DNA of 62,695 nucleotides from Clostridia bacterium (GCA_900768535.1 CAAGDE010000071.1:1-62695); one strand, 5' to 3'; numbered from the stretch's first letter, positions 52,231 through 62,007 are shown. The notes: generated by a model not told the origin, from the sequence alone. Numbers and translations are program-made.

Positions 52231-53628
52231 ATGGTTTACCGTGACGGAAAAGTGGAACAGATCAAAATTGCTTACATCGGCGGCGGTTCGCGCGGCTGGG
52301 GCTGGGGACTGATGAGCGATCTCGCATCGTGCGGGGATATGTCGGGAGATGTTTATCTTTACGATATCGATTTCCCCGCGGCACAGCACAATGAGGTGAT
52401 CGGCAATCTCTACCGGAACGCCGAGGGTGCGCGCTCCGTGTGGAATTACCGCGCGGTGCGGAGTGCAGGGGAAGCGCTGACGGGAGCGGATTTCGTTGTC
52501 ATCTCGATTCTGCCGGGCAATTTTGACGATATGGAATCGGATGTCCATACGCCCGAAAAGTACGGAATCTATCAGTCGGTCGGCGATACCACGGGACCCG
52601 GCGGAACCGTCCGGGCAATGCGGACGGTTCCGATGTATGAGGAGATCGCCGCGAATATCCGCCGGTACTGTCCGGATGCCTGGGTCATCAGCTACACAAA
52701 CCCGATGACGCTTTGCGTCAAAACGCTTTACCGGGTGTTCCCAAAGATCCGCGCATTCGGATGCTGCCATGAGGTGTTCGGCACGCAGAAGGCGCTCGCG
52801 GTGGCATTGCGGAAATGCCGCGGGGAGGAAGCCGAACGGCACGAAATCAAGGTCAATCCCGTCGGCGTCAACCATTTTACCTGGCTGACGGATGCCCGGT
52901 ACCGCAACCTGGATCTGTTTCCCGTCTGGCGGGAATTCGCGGAGCGCTACGCCGCAACCGGATATACCGAAAACCTGGATAAGAACTGGATGAACAATTC
53001 CTTTTCCTGTTCCAATCGGGTCAAATTTGACCTGTTCCTGCGGTACGGCGTCATTGCCGCCGCAGGGGACCGGCATCTGGCGGAGTTTTGCGAGGGCGGC
53101 TGGTACCTGCGGGATCCGGAGACCGTCCGGAGGTGGGGCTTCGGTCTGACGGGCGTGAAATGGCGCCGGGCGGATCTTGAGAAGCGGCTGGCGAAAAGCG
53201 AGGGCTACCGTAACGGGAGCATTCCGGTGACGATTGAGAAAACCGGCGAGGAGGGCACGGAGCAGATGCGCGCCATTCTCGGACTGCGGGAGCTGGTGAC
53301 GAACGTCAACCTTCCGAACGTGGGGCAGATCCCGAACCTGCCGCTGGGGGCGGTTGTGGAGACCAACGCGGTGTTCCGCTCCGGCAGTGTGACACCGGTG
53401 TTTGCGGGGAACGTGCCGCAGTCGATTTACCCCTTGGTGGCGCGCGTGTCGGGACAGCAGGAGGCGCTGTCGGATGCCATTGCGCGGCGGAGCGGAAGGG
53501 ATGTGTTCAACGTTTTCCTGAACGATCCGCTGACGACCTGCTCCTATGACGATGCCGGACGGCTCTTCCGCGAAATGGTAGCCAATACAGCATCCTATCT
53601 GTCATCCTACGATCTGACGGGAATTTGA
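52231..53628 (+). CDS. Glycoside hydrolase family 4 (NAD/Mn-dependent, LplD-like alpha-galacturonidase/glucuronidase type)
   Basis: ORF 52219-53628. TGGAGG precedes the ATG at 52231. IKIAYIGGGSRGW Rossmann start, SYTNPM and GCCHEV motifs. Confidence 0.8.
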   Translation: MVYRDGKVEQIKIAYIGGGSRGWGWGLMSDLASCGDMSGDVYLYDIDFPAAQHNEVIGNLYRNAEGARSVWNYRAVRSAGEALTGADFVVISILPGNFDDMESDVHTPEKYGIYQSVGDTTGPGGTVRAMRTVPMYEEIAANIRRYCPDAWVISYTNPMTLCVKTLYRVFPKIRAFGCCHEVFGTQKALAVALRKCRGEEAERHEIKVNPVGVNHFTWLTDARYRNLDLFPVWREFAERYAATGYTENLDKNWMNNSFSCSNRVKFDLFLRYGVIAAAGDRHLAEFCEGGWYLRDPETVRRWGFGLTGVKWRRADLEKRLAKSEGYRNGSIPVTIEKTGEEGTEQMRAILGLRELVTNVNLPNVGQIPNLPLGAVVETNAVFRSGSVTPVFAGNVPQSIYPLVARVSGQQEALSDAIARRSGRDVFNVFLNDPLTTCSYDDAGRLFREMVANTASYLSSYDLTGI

Positions 53629-53749
53629 AGAACCCGCAGAACGGATTGGGGGAGGTGAGAAAAGCCCTTGGCTGGATTTCAGTGTCCAGGCTGCCTTGCC
53701 TGAAAAAATCGGAACCGGACTCCGGAAAACGGAGAGAAAGGAAACCAAA

Positions 53750-55216
53750 ATGAAAAACATAACGAAAAGTCTGCTTGCCCTGCTCCTGTGCGGCTGTCTG
53801 TTGCCCGCCGCCGCTGCCTGTAAGAAAGACCAGCCGCCGGTTGTATCCGGCAACACCTCCGGCACGGATACGGAGCCGGGAATCCCGCCGGTGGAAACGG
53901 ACGAAAACGGATATGAGCTGGACGATCTGCCGAACAACCCCGCATTTGACAAAACCGTGCGGATGCTCTACTGGGATGACGTGGAGAACGTCGAATTTGA
54001 GGTGAGCGATCCTTACGGCGACCGCGTCAGCAACTCCATTTATATGCGCAATCTTGCGGTGGAGGAACGACTGGGAATCAAGCTGTCCTTCCACGGGACC
54101 GGCGGCAACTACGGAAATCTGGACAACTTCCTTGCAACGGCGCAGGCAGGCTCGATCTCCGGGGATTATGACCTGTTTGCGGGCTACAGCATGAGTGGCG
54201 CATCCCTGGCGATCAACGGGCTCTGCCTGGATCTGAAAACGCAGAAATACCTGAATTTCGAAAAGCCGTGGTGGCCGGAGTCCCTGACCTCGGAGACCAC
54301 AATCATCGATAAACTGTTCTTCACCTCCGGCGATATCTCCACCAACCTGCTCCATATGATGTATGTGGTGTTCTACAATCAGGAGATGATCGATGCCGGT
54401 GATCTGGAGGATCCGGTGGAGCTGGTTGACGAGGGCAAGTGGACCTATGAGAAAATGTTTGATATGGCAAGGGGAATGTATCTTGACAACAACTCGAACG
54501 AAATTGCCGATCCGGATGACCGGTACGGCTTCAGCGCCGGAAAAATGCACTATGAGGCATTGTTCACGGGCGCCGGGATCCGGACCATTGAGAAGAACAG
54601 CCTGGGCTGGATGATCGTTTCCCCGACCTTCAACTCCGCAAAGACCACCAAGCTGCTGGATGACATCTGTACGTTCGTTCACGGCTCGGATGACGGCTTT
54701 TACGGCACCACCTTTGAAAAGGGGCGCACCCTGTTTGCCATTGACCGCTCCTATTTTGCGATGATTCACAAGGAGGAGATGTCCTTTACCTACGGCATTG
54801 TGCCGATCCCGAAGTACGACGAGCTTCAGGAGGGCTATGCCACCTGCCTGGGCAATCCCTTTACGGTTTACTCCATTGCAAAGTCCGGCGCCATCCCCGA
54901 TGTTGCCGCGGCAACGCTGGAGTGCCTTGCCTCCGAGGGGTACCGGAAGGTGACACCGGAGCTGTTTGAAGCGATCATGAAGCACCGGTACAGCGAGGTT
55001 CCCGCTTCCGCGCGGATGTTTGATCTGATCCGCGGTTCGGTTATCATTGATCTCGGAAGAATTTTTGATAAGGAGCTGGGCGGCTACCCGCACACCCTGT
55101 TCAGCAATCCCATTGCCAAAAACGCGCCCGAAAGCTTCAGCAGCAGCTATAAGACAGGAGCGGAAACCATGCTGGAGCGGCTGAAAAACAGCATTAACCC
55201 GGCATTCTCAAAATAA
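53750..55216 (+). CDS. ABC transporter extracellular solute-binding lipoprotein (LplA-like), with no adjacent permeases
   Basis: ORF 53696-55216, ATG at 53750. Lipobox LLPAAAAC. Length and composition typical of family 1 sugar-binding proteins. Confidence 0.75.
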   Translation: MKNITKSLLALLLCGCLLPAAAACKKDQPPVVSGNTSGTDTEPGIPPVETDENGYELDDLPNNPAFDKTVRMLYWDDVENVEFEVSDPYGDRVSNSIYMRNLAVEERLGIKLSFHGTGGNYGNLDNFLATAQAGSISGDYDLFAGYSMSGASLAINGLCLDLKTQKYLNFEKPWWPESLTSETTIIDKLFFTSGDISTNLLHMMYVVFYNQEMIDAGDLEDPVELVDEGKWTYEKMFDMARGMYLDNNSNEIADPDDRYGFSAGKMHYEALFTGAGIRTIEKNSLGWMIVSPTFNSAKTTKLLDDICTFVHGSDDGFYGTTFEKGRTLFAIDRSYFAMIHKEEMSFTYGIVPIPKYDELQEGYATCLGNPFTVYSIAKSGAIPDVAAATLECLASEGYRKVTPELFEAIMKHRYSEVPASARMFDLIRGSVIIDLGRIFDKELGGYPHTLFSNPIAKNAPESFSSSYKTGAETMLERLKNSINPAFSK

Positions 55217-55228
55217 GAGGAACCCGAT

Positions 55229-57466
55229 ATGAAATTACTTCCGGAAGGATACATTGCGGTACAAAGCACGGCGGACGGAGCACTGCCGGACAGCTTCCGG
55301 TTCGGCGAAACCGTTTGGGCGGTACGCCCCGGCATTAACATTTTTGCCACTGCTCAGGAGGCGGCGGATCACGCATACGCCGCCCCGACCGAACAGCTCC
55401 CCGGCCTGCCGGAGCTGTCTGGGTGTCCGACCCTGCTTTTCTCTGCGGGAGAGCACCTTGTGGACGGTCTCCGAATCAGCCGATCGGTTGCGCTTTTCGG
55501 TCAGGGGGCCGGCATCTCGCCGAACCGTTCCTTTGACGGCGAGACCTGCCCGCAGGAAAATCCGGCGCGCGGGGAGGGGGAATCCGTTCTGACGGGAACC
55601 TTCTACCGCGGCATGATCGACCTGACCGAGCCGGAGGTCCGGACATTGATCTTTGACGGCTTTACCTCGCGCGATGTCCGGTTCCGCGACTTGCGGACAA
55701 CGGGCGGCGAGGCGCGCCTGATTTTCCGAAACCTGATTCACCGGGGACCGTGCGGGCATACGCTGTACTATTTTTCCAAGCCGCGCACGGATGGCGGAAT
55801 CGTCAGAAACGTCAGGTTCTCGGATATCCGGCTGACCGATTTCGACGATCTGGACTACGGCAACTGTTTTGTTCAGCTGACCGCCGCGCGGGCGCTGTTT
55901 GAGCGGATTGTGATGGATCATACCGGGCTGTTCTTCGGTCTGACCGATCTTGTCGGCTGTTTTTCCAATGCGGTGACGAACGTGCCGGTGGCGGAATATA
56001 CGCTGCGGGACTGCTGGCTTGGCAATCTCGGCGGGGGAATCCGTACCGCCTGCCGGGAGCTGCTGGCTCCGGGCGCACCGGATGTCGGCATCTGCCTGAC
56101 GGTCGAAAATACCGTATTTTACCGTGTCGGCGCCGGGGGAGAGCCGGTTCTGTCCCTGATGCTTGCCAATCCCGCCTGCCGTGTCTTTTTGCGCGGCGTG
56201 ACGGTTGCGGATCCCGCAGGCGGGAGAGCTGCGGCAATCCGGGTCAGCGGAAAGGGCGGGGAGCCGGTGATCGCAGAGGACTGCCGGTTTGACGGCTTCC
56301 GGGAGCGCGTTGCCTTTGACCGGCTGTATGACGAGGCGGTTCCCGTCTGTGTGGAGACCCGCGCCGAGGCGTTCCGGACGCAAACGGAGGACCCGCATAC
56401 CGTGCGTGCCTTGTGCGATGCCGATTTCGCCGGACTGGAGCGGCACTATGCGGGAAAGCGGGCATATTACGGCGATCTTCACGTGCACACGCAGTGCGGC
56501 GGAACCAGCGACGGGACCTACCCGATGGAAAAATGGGTCGCGGAGATGGACCGGCTGAAGCTGGATTTTGCCGCGGTTGTGGATCACCGGCAGATGCGCG
56601 GATATTTCCTCCCGGAGTGGAGCGAGGAGCGTTTTATTATCGGAACCGAGCCTGCCACACGGCTGCAGGATCTTCGCGCAGGGCGGAGCGGACAGAACGA
56701 ATTGCACTATCTGATGCTGTTCCCGCACAAATATTCCCTTGCCATGGTGCTTGCCAACTTCCCGGAGTTCCGGTTTCACGGGGATGAGCTGACGGGGCGC
56801 TTCCGGTATCCGGATTTTACACGCGAACGGATGGCGGAGCTGAGCGCATACGTTCAGTCCATTGGCGGTATTCTCGTTCACGCGCACCCGAAGGTGATGA
56901 TGGCTTCGGATGACCCGTTGGACTACGATCTCGGCGAAGGAACGTTCATCGAAACGATTTACGGGAATCCCGAATCGACTGCATCTCTGAAGGATTATCA
57001 GCTGTGGGAAAAGCTGCTGGCGCTCGGAAAGCGCATCCGTATCTCCGGCGGATCGGACACACACGGCAACGTCAGCAACCGGGCAGTCTCCACGTTTTAT
57101 ACGGCGGAGCGTTCGGGAAATACGTTTTTCGAGCAGATGCGTTCGGGAGATTTTACCGTTGGCGCCTTCGGCTTGCAGATGCTGATCGGAGACACCCCGA
57201 TGGGTACGTCCGTCGCTTACCGGGACGGTCTGACGCTGGCACTGCGCGCAGGGGATCCTTTCCTGCCGACCTTTTCTGCGACAGATGCGTACGAATTGCG
57301 GATACTGACCGACCGCGGCGTGGCATATGCTTCGGTCTGGGACGGGAAAGCGCCGCAGCGGGTGGCTTTGCGGGTTGAGCGGCGTGCCTTTTACCGGGCG
57401 GAGATTTTTGATCTGACCAAAAGCTGTCGCGTTGCCATCGGCAATCCCATCTGGCTGGATTCGTGA
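55229..57466 (+). CDS. Fusion protein: right-handed beta-helix-like N-terminal region plus PHP/CehA-McbA-type metal-dependent phosphoesterase domain
   Basis: 745 aa with no signal peptide. The N-terminal ~390 aa have repetitive beta-strand-rich segments. The C-terminal part has YGDLHVHTQCGGTSDG, DHRQM, VHAHP and GGSDTHG, as in PHP-family metal sites. Confidence 0.55.
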   Translation: MKLLPEGYIAVQSTADGALPDSFRFGETVWAVRPGINIFATAQEAADHAYAAPTEQLPGLPELSGCPTLLFSAGEHLVDGLRISRSVALFGQGAGISPNRSFDGETCPQENPARGEGESVLTGTFYRGMIDLTEPEVRTLIFDGFTSRDVRFRDLRTTGGEARLIFRNLIHRGPCGHTLYYFSKPRTDGGIVRNVRFSDIRLTDFDDLDYGNCFVQLTAARALFERIVMDHTGLFFGLTDLVGCFSNAVTNVPVAEYTLRDCWLGNLGGGIRTACRELLAPGAPDVGICLTVENTVFYRVGAGGEPVLSLMLANPACRVFLRGVTVADPAGGRAAAIRVSGKGGEPVIAEDCRFDGFRERVAFDRLYDEAVPVCVETRAEAFRTQTEDPHTVRALCDADFAGLERHYAGKRAYYGDLHVHTQCGGTSDGTYPMEKWVAEMDRLKLDFAAVVDHRQMRGYFLPEWSEERFIIGTEPATRLQDLRAGRSGQNELHYLMLFPHKYSLAMVLANFPEFRFHGDELTGRFRYPDFTRERMAELSAYVQSIGGILVHAHPKVMMASDDPLDYDLGEGTFIETIYGNPESTASLKDYQLWEKLLALGKRIRISGGSDTHGNVSNRAVSTFYTAERSGNTFFEQMRSGDFTVGAFGLQMLIGDTPMGTSVAYRDGLTLALRAGDPFLPTFSATDAYELRILTDRGVAYASVWDGKAPQRVALRVERRAFYRAEIFDLTKSCRVAIGNPIWLDS

Positions 57467-57537
57467 CAGAAGGAATATTTGTAGAGGGGAAGCGGCCGGG
57501 AATGCGGTCGCTTCCCTTCCAAAGGAGAATGTTACAC

Positions 57538-58866
57538 ATGAAAAAAGTATTGCAATACGGCGAGGGGAATTTTCTCCGTTCGTTTGTGGATCTGTATTTT
57601 GAAACCCTGAACCGCGAGGGCGGGAAATGGGCGGTGGAGATTGTCAAGCCGATTCCCTTCGGCTCTCTGGACGCCTTTGCGCGTCAGGGGAACCGCTATC
57701 ACGTGGTTCTGCGCGGCGTGAAGGACGGGAACGCCGCCGAGACGGTGTATCCCGTTTCGGTCGTGGAGCAGGCGATCTCTCCGTTTGACGATTTCCCCGC
57801 ATACGAAGCACTGGCGGTCGATCCGGAGCTTGCCGTTATCGTCTCCAACACCACCGAGGCGGGCATCTGCTACCACGAAGGGGACAGCTTTGACGGCTTT
57901 GCGGAGATTACCTATCCCGCCAAGCTGACGAAATTCCTGTATGCGCGTTTCAGGGCGGGGCTTCCGGGTGTGTATCTGCTCCCCGTGGAGTTGATCGAGA
58001 ACAACGCCGACGAACTGTTCCGCTGTGTGGAGAAGTACATCGAGCGCTGGCATTTGCCCGAGGCGTTCCGCGAATGGAACCGCACCGAAAACTTCTACTG
58101 CAACACGCTGGTCGACCGCATCGTTTCGGGCTTTCCGCGTGACGAGGAGTTACGCGAGAGGCTGTGGAAACTGGTTGGGGAGCGGGACGATCTGCTGTCG
58201 GTTGCCGAGCCGTTCGGGCTTTGGGTCATCGAGAACAAAGGAAAGATCGCCGATCTGCTCCCTGCGGGGCACCATAACATTGACATCATCCTGACCGATG
58301 ACATTGCCTACTACAAGAAGCGCAAGGTGCGGGTGCTCAACGGCAGTCACACGAATCTGGTGGCGGCTGGACTACTGTTGGGCGCAGAGACGGTCTACGA
58401 CTGCATGACAAACGAAACGCTTTACCGCTTCTTCCGCGCATCGCTGGAGGAAATCGTTCCCTTCGTTTCCTCCGACCGCAGCATGACCGAGCGATTTGCC
58501 GCCGATGTGGAAGAGCGCTTCCGCAATCCGTATCTGAACCATCAGCTGACGAGCATTGCACTCAACAGCATTTCCAAGTGGCGGGCGAGAGTCCTGCCAA
58601 CCTTCCGCGATTTCTTCGCCGCAAACGGGCGGATTCCCGAACACCTGACGGTCGGCTTCTCCTGCCTGATGCACCTGTACCGGACGAGGTATGCGGAACT
58701 GAAGGATGACGCGGCGGTGCTGTCCTTCTTCGCGTCCGGCAAGCCGCTGAAGGACTTCCTGTCCGACAGCAGTGTTTGGGGCGAGGACCTGACCGCTTAT
58801 CCGCAGTTCCTTGAAACCGTGACCGCGCAGACCGAACGGCTGGCGCGCGGGGAGAGCCTGCTATGA
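57538..58866 (+). CDS. uxaB: Tagaturonate reductase (altronate oxidoreductase)
   Basis: ORF 57463-58866. AAAGGAG precedes the ATG at 57538. VLQYGEGNFLRSFVD start typical of UxaB/mannitol dehydrogenase family. Followed by uxaA. Confidence 0.85.
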   Translation: MKKVLQYGEGNFLRSFVDLYFETLNREGGKWAVEIVKPIPFGSLDAFARQGNRYHVVLRGVKDGNAAETVYPVSVVEQAISPFDDFPAYEALAVDPELAVIVSNTTEAGICYHEGDSFDGFAEITYPAKLTKFLYARFRAGLPGVYLLPVELIENNADELFRCVEKYIERWHLPEAFREWNRTENFYCNTLVDRIVSGFPRDEELRERLWKLVGERDDLLSVAEPFGLWVIENKGKIADLLPAGHHNIDIILTDDIAYYKKRKVRVLNGSHTNLVAAGLLLGAETVYDCMTNETLYRFFRASLEEIVPFVSSDRSMTERFAADVEERFRNPYLNHQLTSIALNSISKWRARVLPTFRDFFAANGRIPEHLTVGFSCLMHLYRTRYAELKDDAAVLSFFASGKPLKDFLSDSSVWGEDLTAYPQFLETVTAQTERLARGESLL

Positions 58867-60269
58867 CGAAAGACGGACTGTTGGTCATCAACCCGCGCGA
58901 TAACGTGGGCGTGACGCTGACCGCGCGCGGAGAGATCCCCGCAGGGCATAAGATTGCGCTGTGCGACATCGGAAAGGGCGAGGCGGTCATCAAATACGGC
59001 GCGGTCATCGGCAGGGCGACAGCCCCGATCCGCGCCGGCGAGTGGGTGCATACGCACAATCTGCGCACCCATCTGGATGAGGCGCAGACCTACACCTATG
59101 AGCCGAAGCCGACGGAACAGGCACCCGCACAGCACGGAACCTTCCAAGGCTTCCGGCGTTCGGACGGCCGGGTCGGGATCCGCAACGAGATTTACATCAT
59201 CCCGACCGTCGGATGCGTGAACGGAATCTGTCAGCGGCTGGAGCGCGTGTCGCAGAAGCTGATCCGGAAGTCGCTGGACGGCATCTACGCCCTGACCCAT
59301 CCGTGGGGATGCTCCCAGCTGGGGCAGGATGCGGCAAACCTGCGGGAACTGCTTTCTTCGATTGCGCGCAATCCCAATGCCGCGTTCGTCCTGTTCGTGG
59401 GGCTTGGATGTGAAAACAACCGCCTGTGCGACCTCCGCGAGGCACTTTCCGACCGGGACAATGTTGCCTATCTGACCTGTCAGGAGGTGGAGGACGAGCT
59501 GACCGAGGGCTATCGGATCCTGACCGATTTTGCCGACCGCGCGGCGGGAATGGCACGGGAGCCGGTTGGATTGGAGCAGCTCTGCATCGGTCTGAAATGC
59601 GGGGGGAGTGACGGCTTTTCGGGCTTGACAGCGAATCCGCTCGTCGGGCAGATGACCGACCGCCTGGTTGCCTGCGGCGGGCGCGCGGTGCTGACCGAGG
59701 TGCCGGAGATGTTCGGCGCGGAACAGCGGCTGATGAACCGTTGCCGCGACCGGGAAACCTATGAACGCTACCGCAGCCTGATAACCGATTTCCGCGACTA
59801 CTACACGGCGCAGGGCTTTCCGGTTTACGAGAACCCCAGCCCCGGAAACCGCGCAGGCGGGATTACCACACTGGAGGAAAAGTCGCTCGGCTGCATCGAA
59901 AAAGCGGGACATACCGCAATCTGCGATGTCCTGCCCTACGCGGGACGGGTGAAGGAATCGGGGGTCAGCGTATTGAACGCGCCGGGAAACGATCTCATCG
60001 CCGCAACCGCGCTTGCCGCCGCAGGGTGTCAGCTGGTGCTGTTCACGACAGGCAGGGGAACGCCGTTCTCTACGTTCGTTCCGACCCTGAAAATCGCAAC
60101 CAACAGCACGCTTGCCAAAAAGAAGCCCGGCTGGATCGACTTCAACGCCGAGCCGATGGACGCGGACGCGCTCTGGTCGCTGATCCTCCGCACCGCAAAC
60201 GGCAACTACCGCGCAAAAAGCGAAGATCTACGCGAAATCGCCTTTTTTAAGACAGGCGTTACACTGTAA
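58863..60269 (+). CDS. uxaA: Altronate dehydratase
   Basis: 468 aa. ATGA overlap. SAF-domain N-terminus (VINPRDNVGVTL....IPAGHKIAL) and a C-terminal GCENN / UxaA-GarD-type domain. Confidence 0.9.
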   Translation: MTKDGLLVINPRDNVGVTLTARGEIPAGHKIALCDIGKGEAVIKYGAVIGRATAPIRAGEWVHTHNLRTHLDEAQTYTYEPKPTEQAPAQHGTFQGFRRSDGRVGIRNEIYIIPTVGCVNGICQRLERVSQKLIRKSLDGIYALTHPWGCSQLGQDAANLRELLSSIARNPNAAFVLFVGLGCENNRLCDLREALSDRDNVAYLTCQEVEDELTEGYRILTDFADRAAGMAREPVGLEQLCIGLKCGGSDGFSGLTANPLVGQMTDRLVACGGRAVLTEVPEMFGAEQRLMNRCRDRETYERYRSLITDFRDYYTAQGFPVYENPSPGNRAGGITTLEEKSLGCIEKAGHTAICDVLPYAGRVKESGVSVLNAPGNDLIAATALAAAGCQLVLFTTGRGTPFSTFVPTLKIATNSTLAKKKPGWIDFNAEPMDADALWSLILRTANGNYRAKSEDLREIAFFKTGVTL

Positions 60270-60271
60270 GA

Positions 60272-60470
60272 AAGACCTTGGGACGCTGTCCCAAACCCTG
60301 CTTAGAAAACTTTTGAAAAAGTTTTCTAAGGACTTTCAAAACTTTCACAAAGGGGCTTTTGATCCTGCTTTACGGTTGCCCCAAATTCCCTCAGTGAAAG
60401 TTCTTGAAAGTCTTGAAAACTTCTTTCAAGAAGTTTTCAAGTGGGGTTTGGGGCAAAGCCCCAAGGTCTT
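60272..60470. repeat. Palindromic multi-hairpin element, family B (copy 2), inside the uxaA-uxaC intergenic region
   Basis: The left arm 60272-60298 is identical to 18774-18800. The right arm 60443-60470 differs from 18973-19000 at 2 positions. Three internal hairpins at 60301-60330, 60331-60411 and 60412-60441. The uxaC RBS AGGAGG follows immediately. Confidence 0.85.
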
Positions 60471-60480
60471 AGGAGGTTTT

Positions 60481-61875
60481 ATGAGTTATTTGAAACACAA
60501 CTTTCTGCTGTCCAACAAGACGGCGGAGCGGCTGTACTTCGACTACGCCGAGGGGATGCCGATTTTTGACTATCATTGCCATCTGCCGGAGAGGGAGATC
60601 CTTGAAAACAAGCCGTTTGACGACATTGCGAAGCTGTGGCTCGGCGGCGACCATTACAAATGGCGGCTGATGCGGAACTACGGTATTGACGAAGACTATA
60701 TTACCGGAAACCGTTCATGGGCGGAGAAATTCGAGGCATACTGCCGCGTGCTCGGCACCGCCTACGGTAACCCGCTCATGCATTGGTCGCAGACCGAACT
60801 GGAGACCTATTTCGGCTGTACACTGGAGATGAACGGAAAGAACGCCGGGGAAATCCGCGCACAGTGCAACGCGTATCTGAAGGAACATCAGATCACGCCG
60901 CAGAAGCTGATCGAGCAGTCGGGCGTGAAGCGGCTGTTCACCACCAACGAAATTTTCGACGACCTGTCGACCTTTGAAGCCATCGCAAGGAAGGGCTGCG
61001 CCTTCAAAGTCACGCCCGCATTCCGCGCGGATAAGATCATGAACGCCGAAGCCGAGGCATACCCGTCCACCATTGACCGACTGGCAGGGCTGTGCGGGAA
61101 AATCGCAAGCCTGGACGATCTCGAACGGGCAGTGGAACAGCGCCTGCAGGCGTTCATCGCGGTCGGCTCCTGCGCAAGCGATACCGCGCTGGAAAGCGTT
61201 TATCCCATCGCCGACCGGACCGAAGCGGACCGCATCTTCCGCGAGGCGAGAGCGGGACACGGCATCGGCGAGGATGAAGCGTGCCGCTTCAAAGGGTACT
61301 TTACCTATTTTCTGCTCGGTCTGTACGCGAAATACGGCATCCGGAGCGAGCTGCATATCGGCGCAATGCGGAACAATAACACAAGAATGCTGGAGAAGCT
61401 GGGATTGGATACCGGTTATGACAGCATCGCGCAGGATGTCGGCATCAAGGAGCTGTCGCGCCTGCTGGATCGGTTGGAGCGGGAAGGCAGACTGCCGAAA
61501 ATGGTGATCTTCAACCTCAATCCCGCGATGAACACCGAAATTCTGACGCTCATCAGCTGTTTCCAGAGCGCCGAGGCGAAGGGCAAGCTGCAATACGGCG
61601 CGGCGTGGTGGTTCCTCGACAACAGGGAAGGAATGGAGAAGCACCTGCGTGACCTGTCCTCGCTGGGGCACCTCGCAACCTTCCTCGGAATGCTGACCGA
61701 CAGCCGCTCGTTCCTGTCCTACCCGCGCCACGGATACTTCCGCCGCATCCTCTGCAGCTTCCTCGGCACATTGATGGAAAACGGGGAGATGACCGACGAT
61801 ATCCAAGCCGTCGGCGAGACGGTAAAGGACATCTGCTACCGCAACGCAGTCGCATGGTTCGGAGTTGACGGCTGA
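60481..61875 (+). CDS. uxaC: Glucuronate isomerase (second paralogue)
   Basis: ORF 60313-61875. AGGAGGTTTT precedes the ATG at 60481. PIFDYHCHL, GDHYKWRLMR and AWWFLDN motifs. Confidence 0.9.
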   Translation: MSYLKHNFLLSNKTAERLYFDYAEGMPIFDYHCHLPEREILENKPFDDIAKLWLGGDHYKWRLMRNYGIDEDYITGNRSWAEKFEAYCRVLGTAYGNPLMHWSQTELETYFGCTLEMNGKNAGEIRAQCNAYLKEHQITPQKLIEQSGVKRLFTTNEIFDDLSTFEAIARKGCAFKVTPAFRADKIMNAEAEAYPSTIDRLAGLCGKIASLDDLERAVEQRLQAFIAVGSCASDTALESVYPIADRTEADRIFREARAGHGIGEDEACRFKGYFTYFLLGLYAKYGIRSELHIGAMRNNNTRMLEKLGLDTGYDSIAQDVGIKELSRLLDRLEREGRLPKMVIFNLNPAMNTEILTLISCFQSAEAKGKLQYGAAWWFLDNREGMEKHLRDLSSLGHLATFLGMLTDSRSFLSYPRHGYFRRILCSFLGTLMENGEMTDDIQAVGETVKDICYRNAVAWFGVDG

Positions 61876-61956
61876 ACCCGGAATGTCAAAAACATACACC
61901 CCTCTCTGCACCCCCATCCAGGCCGGACGGAGAATGCCGCAGAGATAGACAATAGA

Positions 61957-62007
61957 CCAAAAGCCACCCACCCCTCAGCTTTCGCTTCGGAGTGGGTGGT
62001 TTTTGGT
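61957..62007 (+). terminator. Intrinsic terminator after uxaC
   Basis: ACCAAAAGCCACCCAC (61957-61972) pairs with GTGGGTGGTTTTTGGT (61992-62007). Confidence 0.7.
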
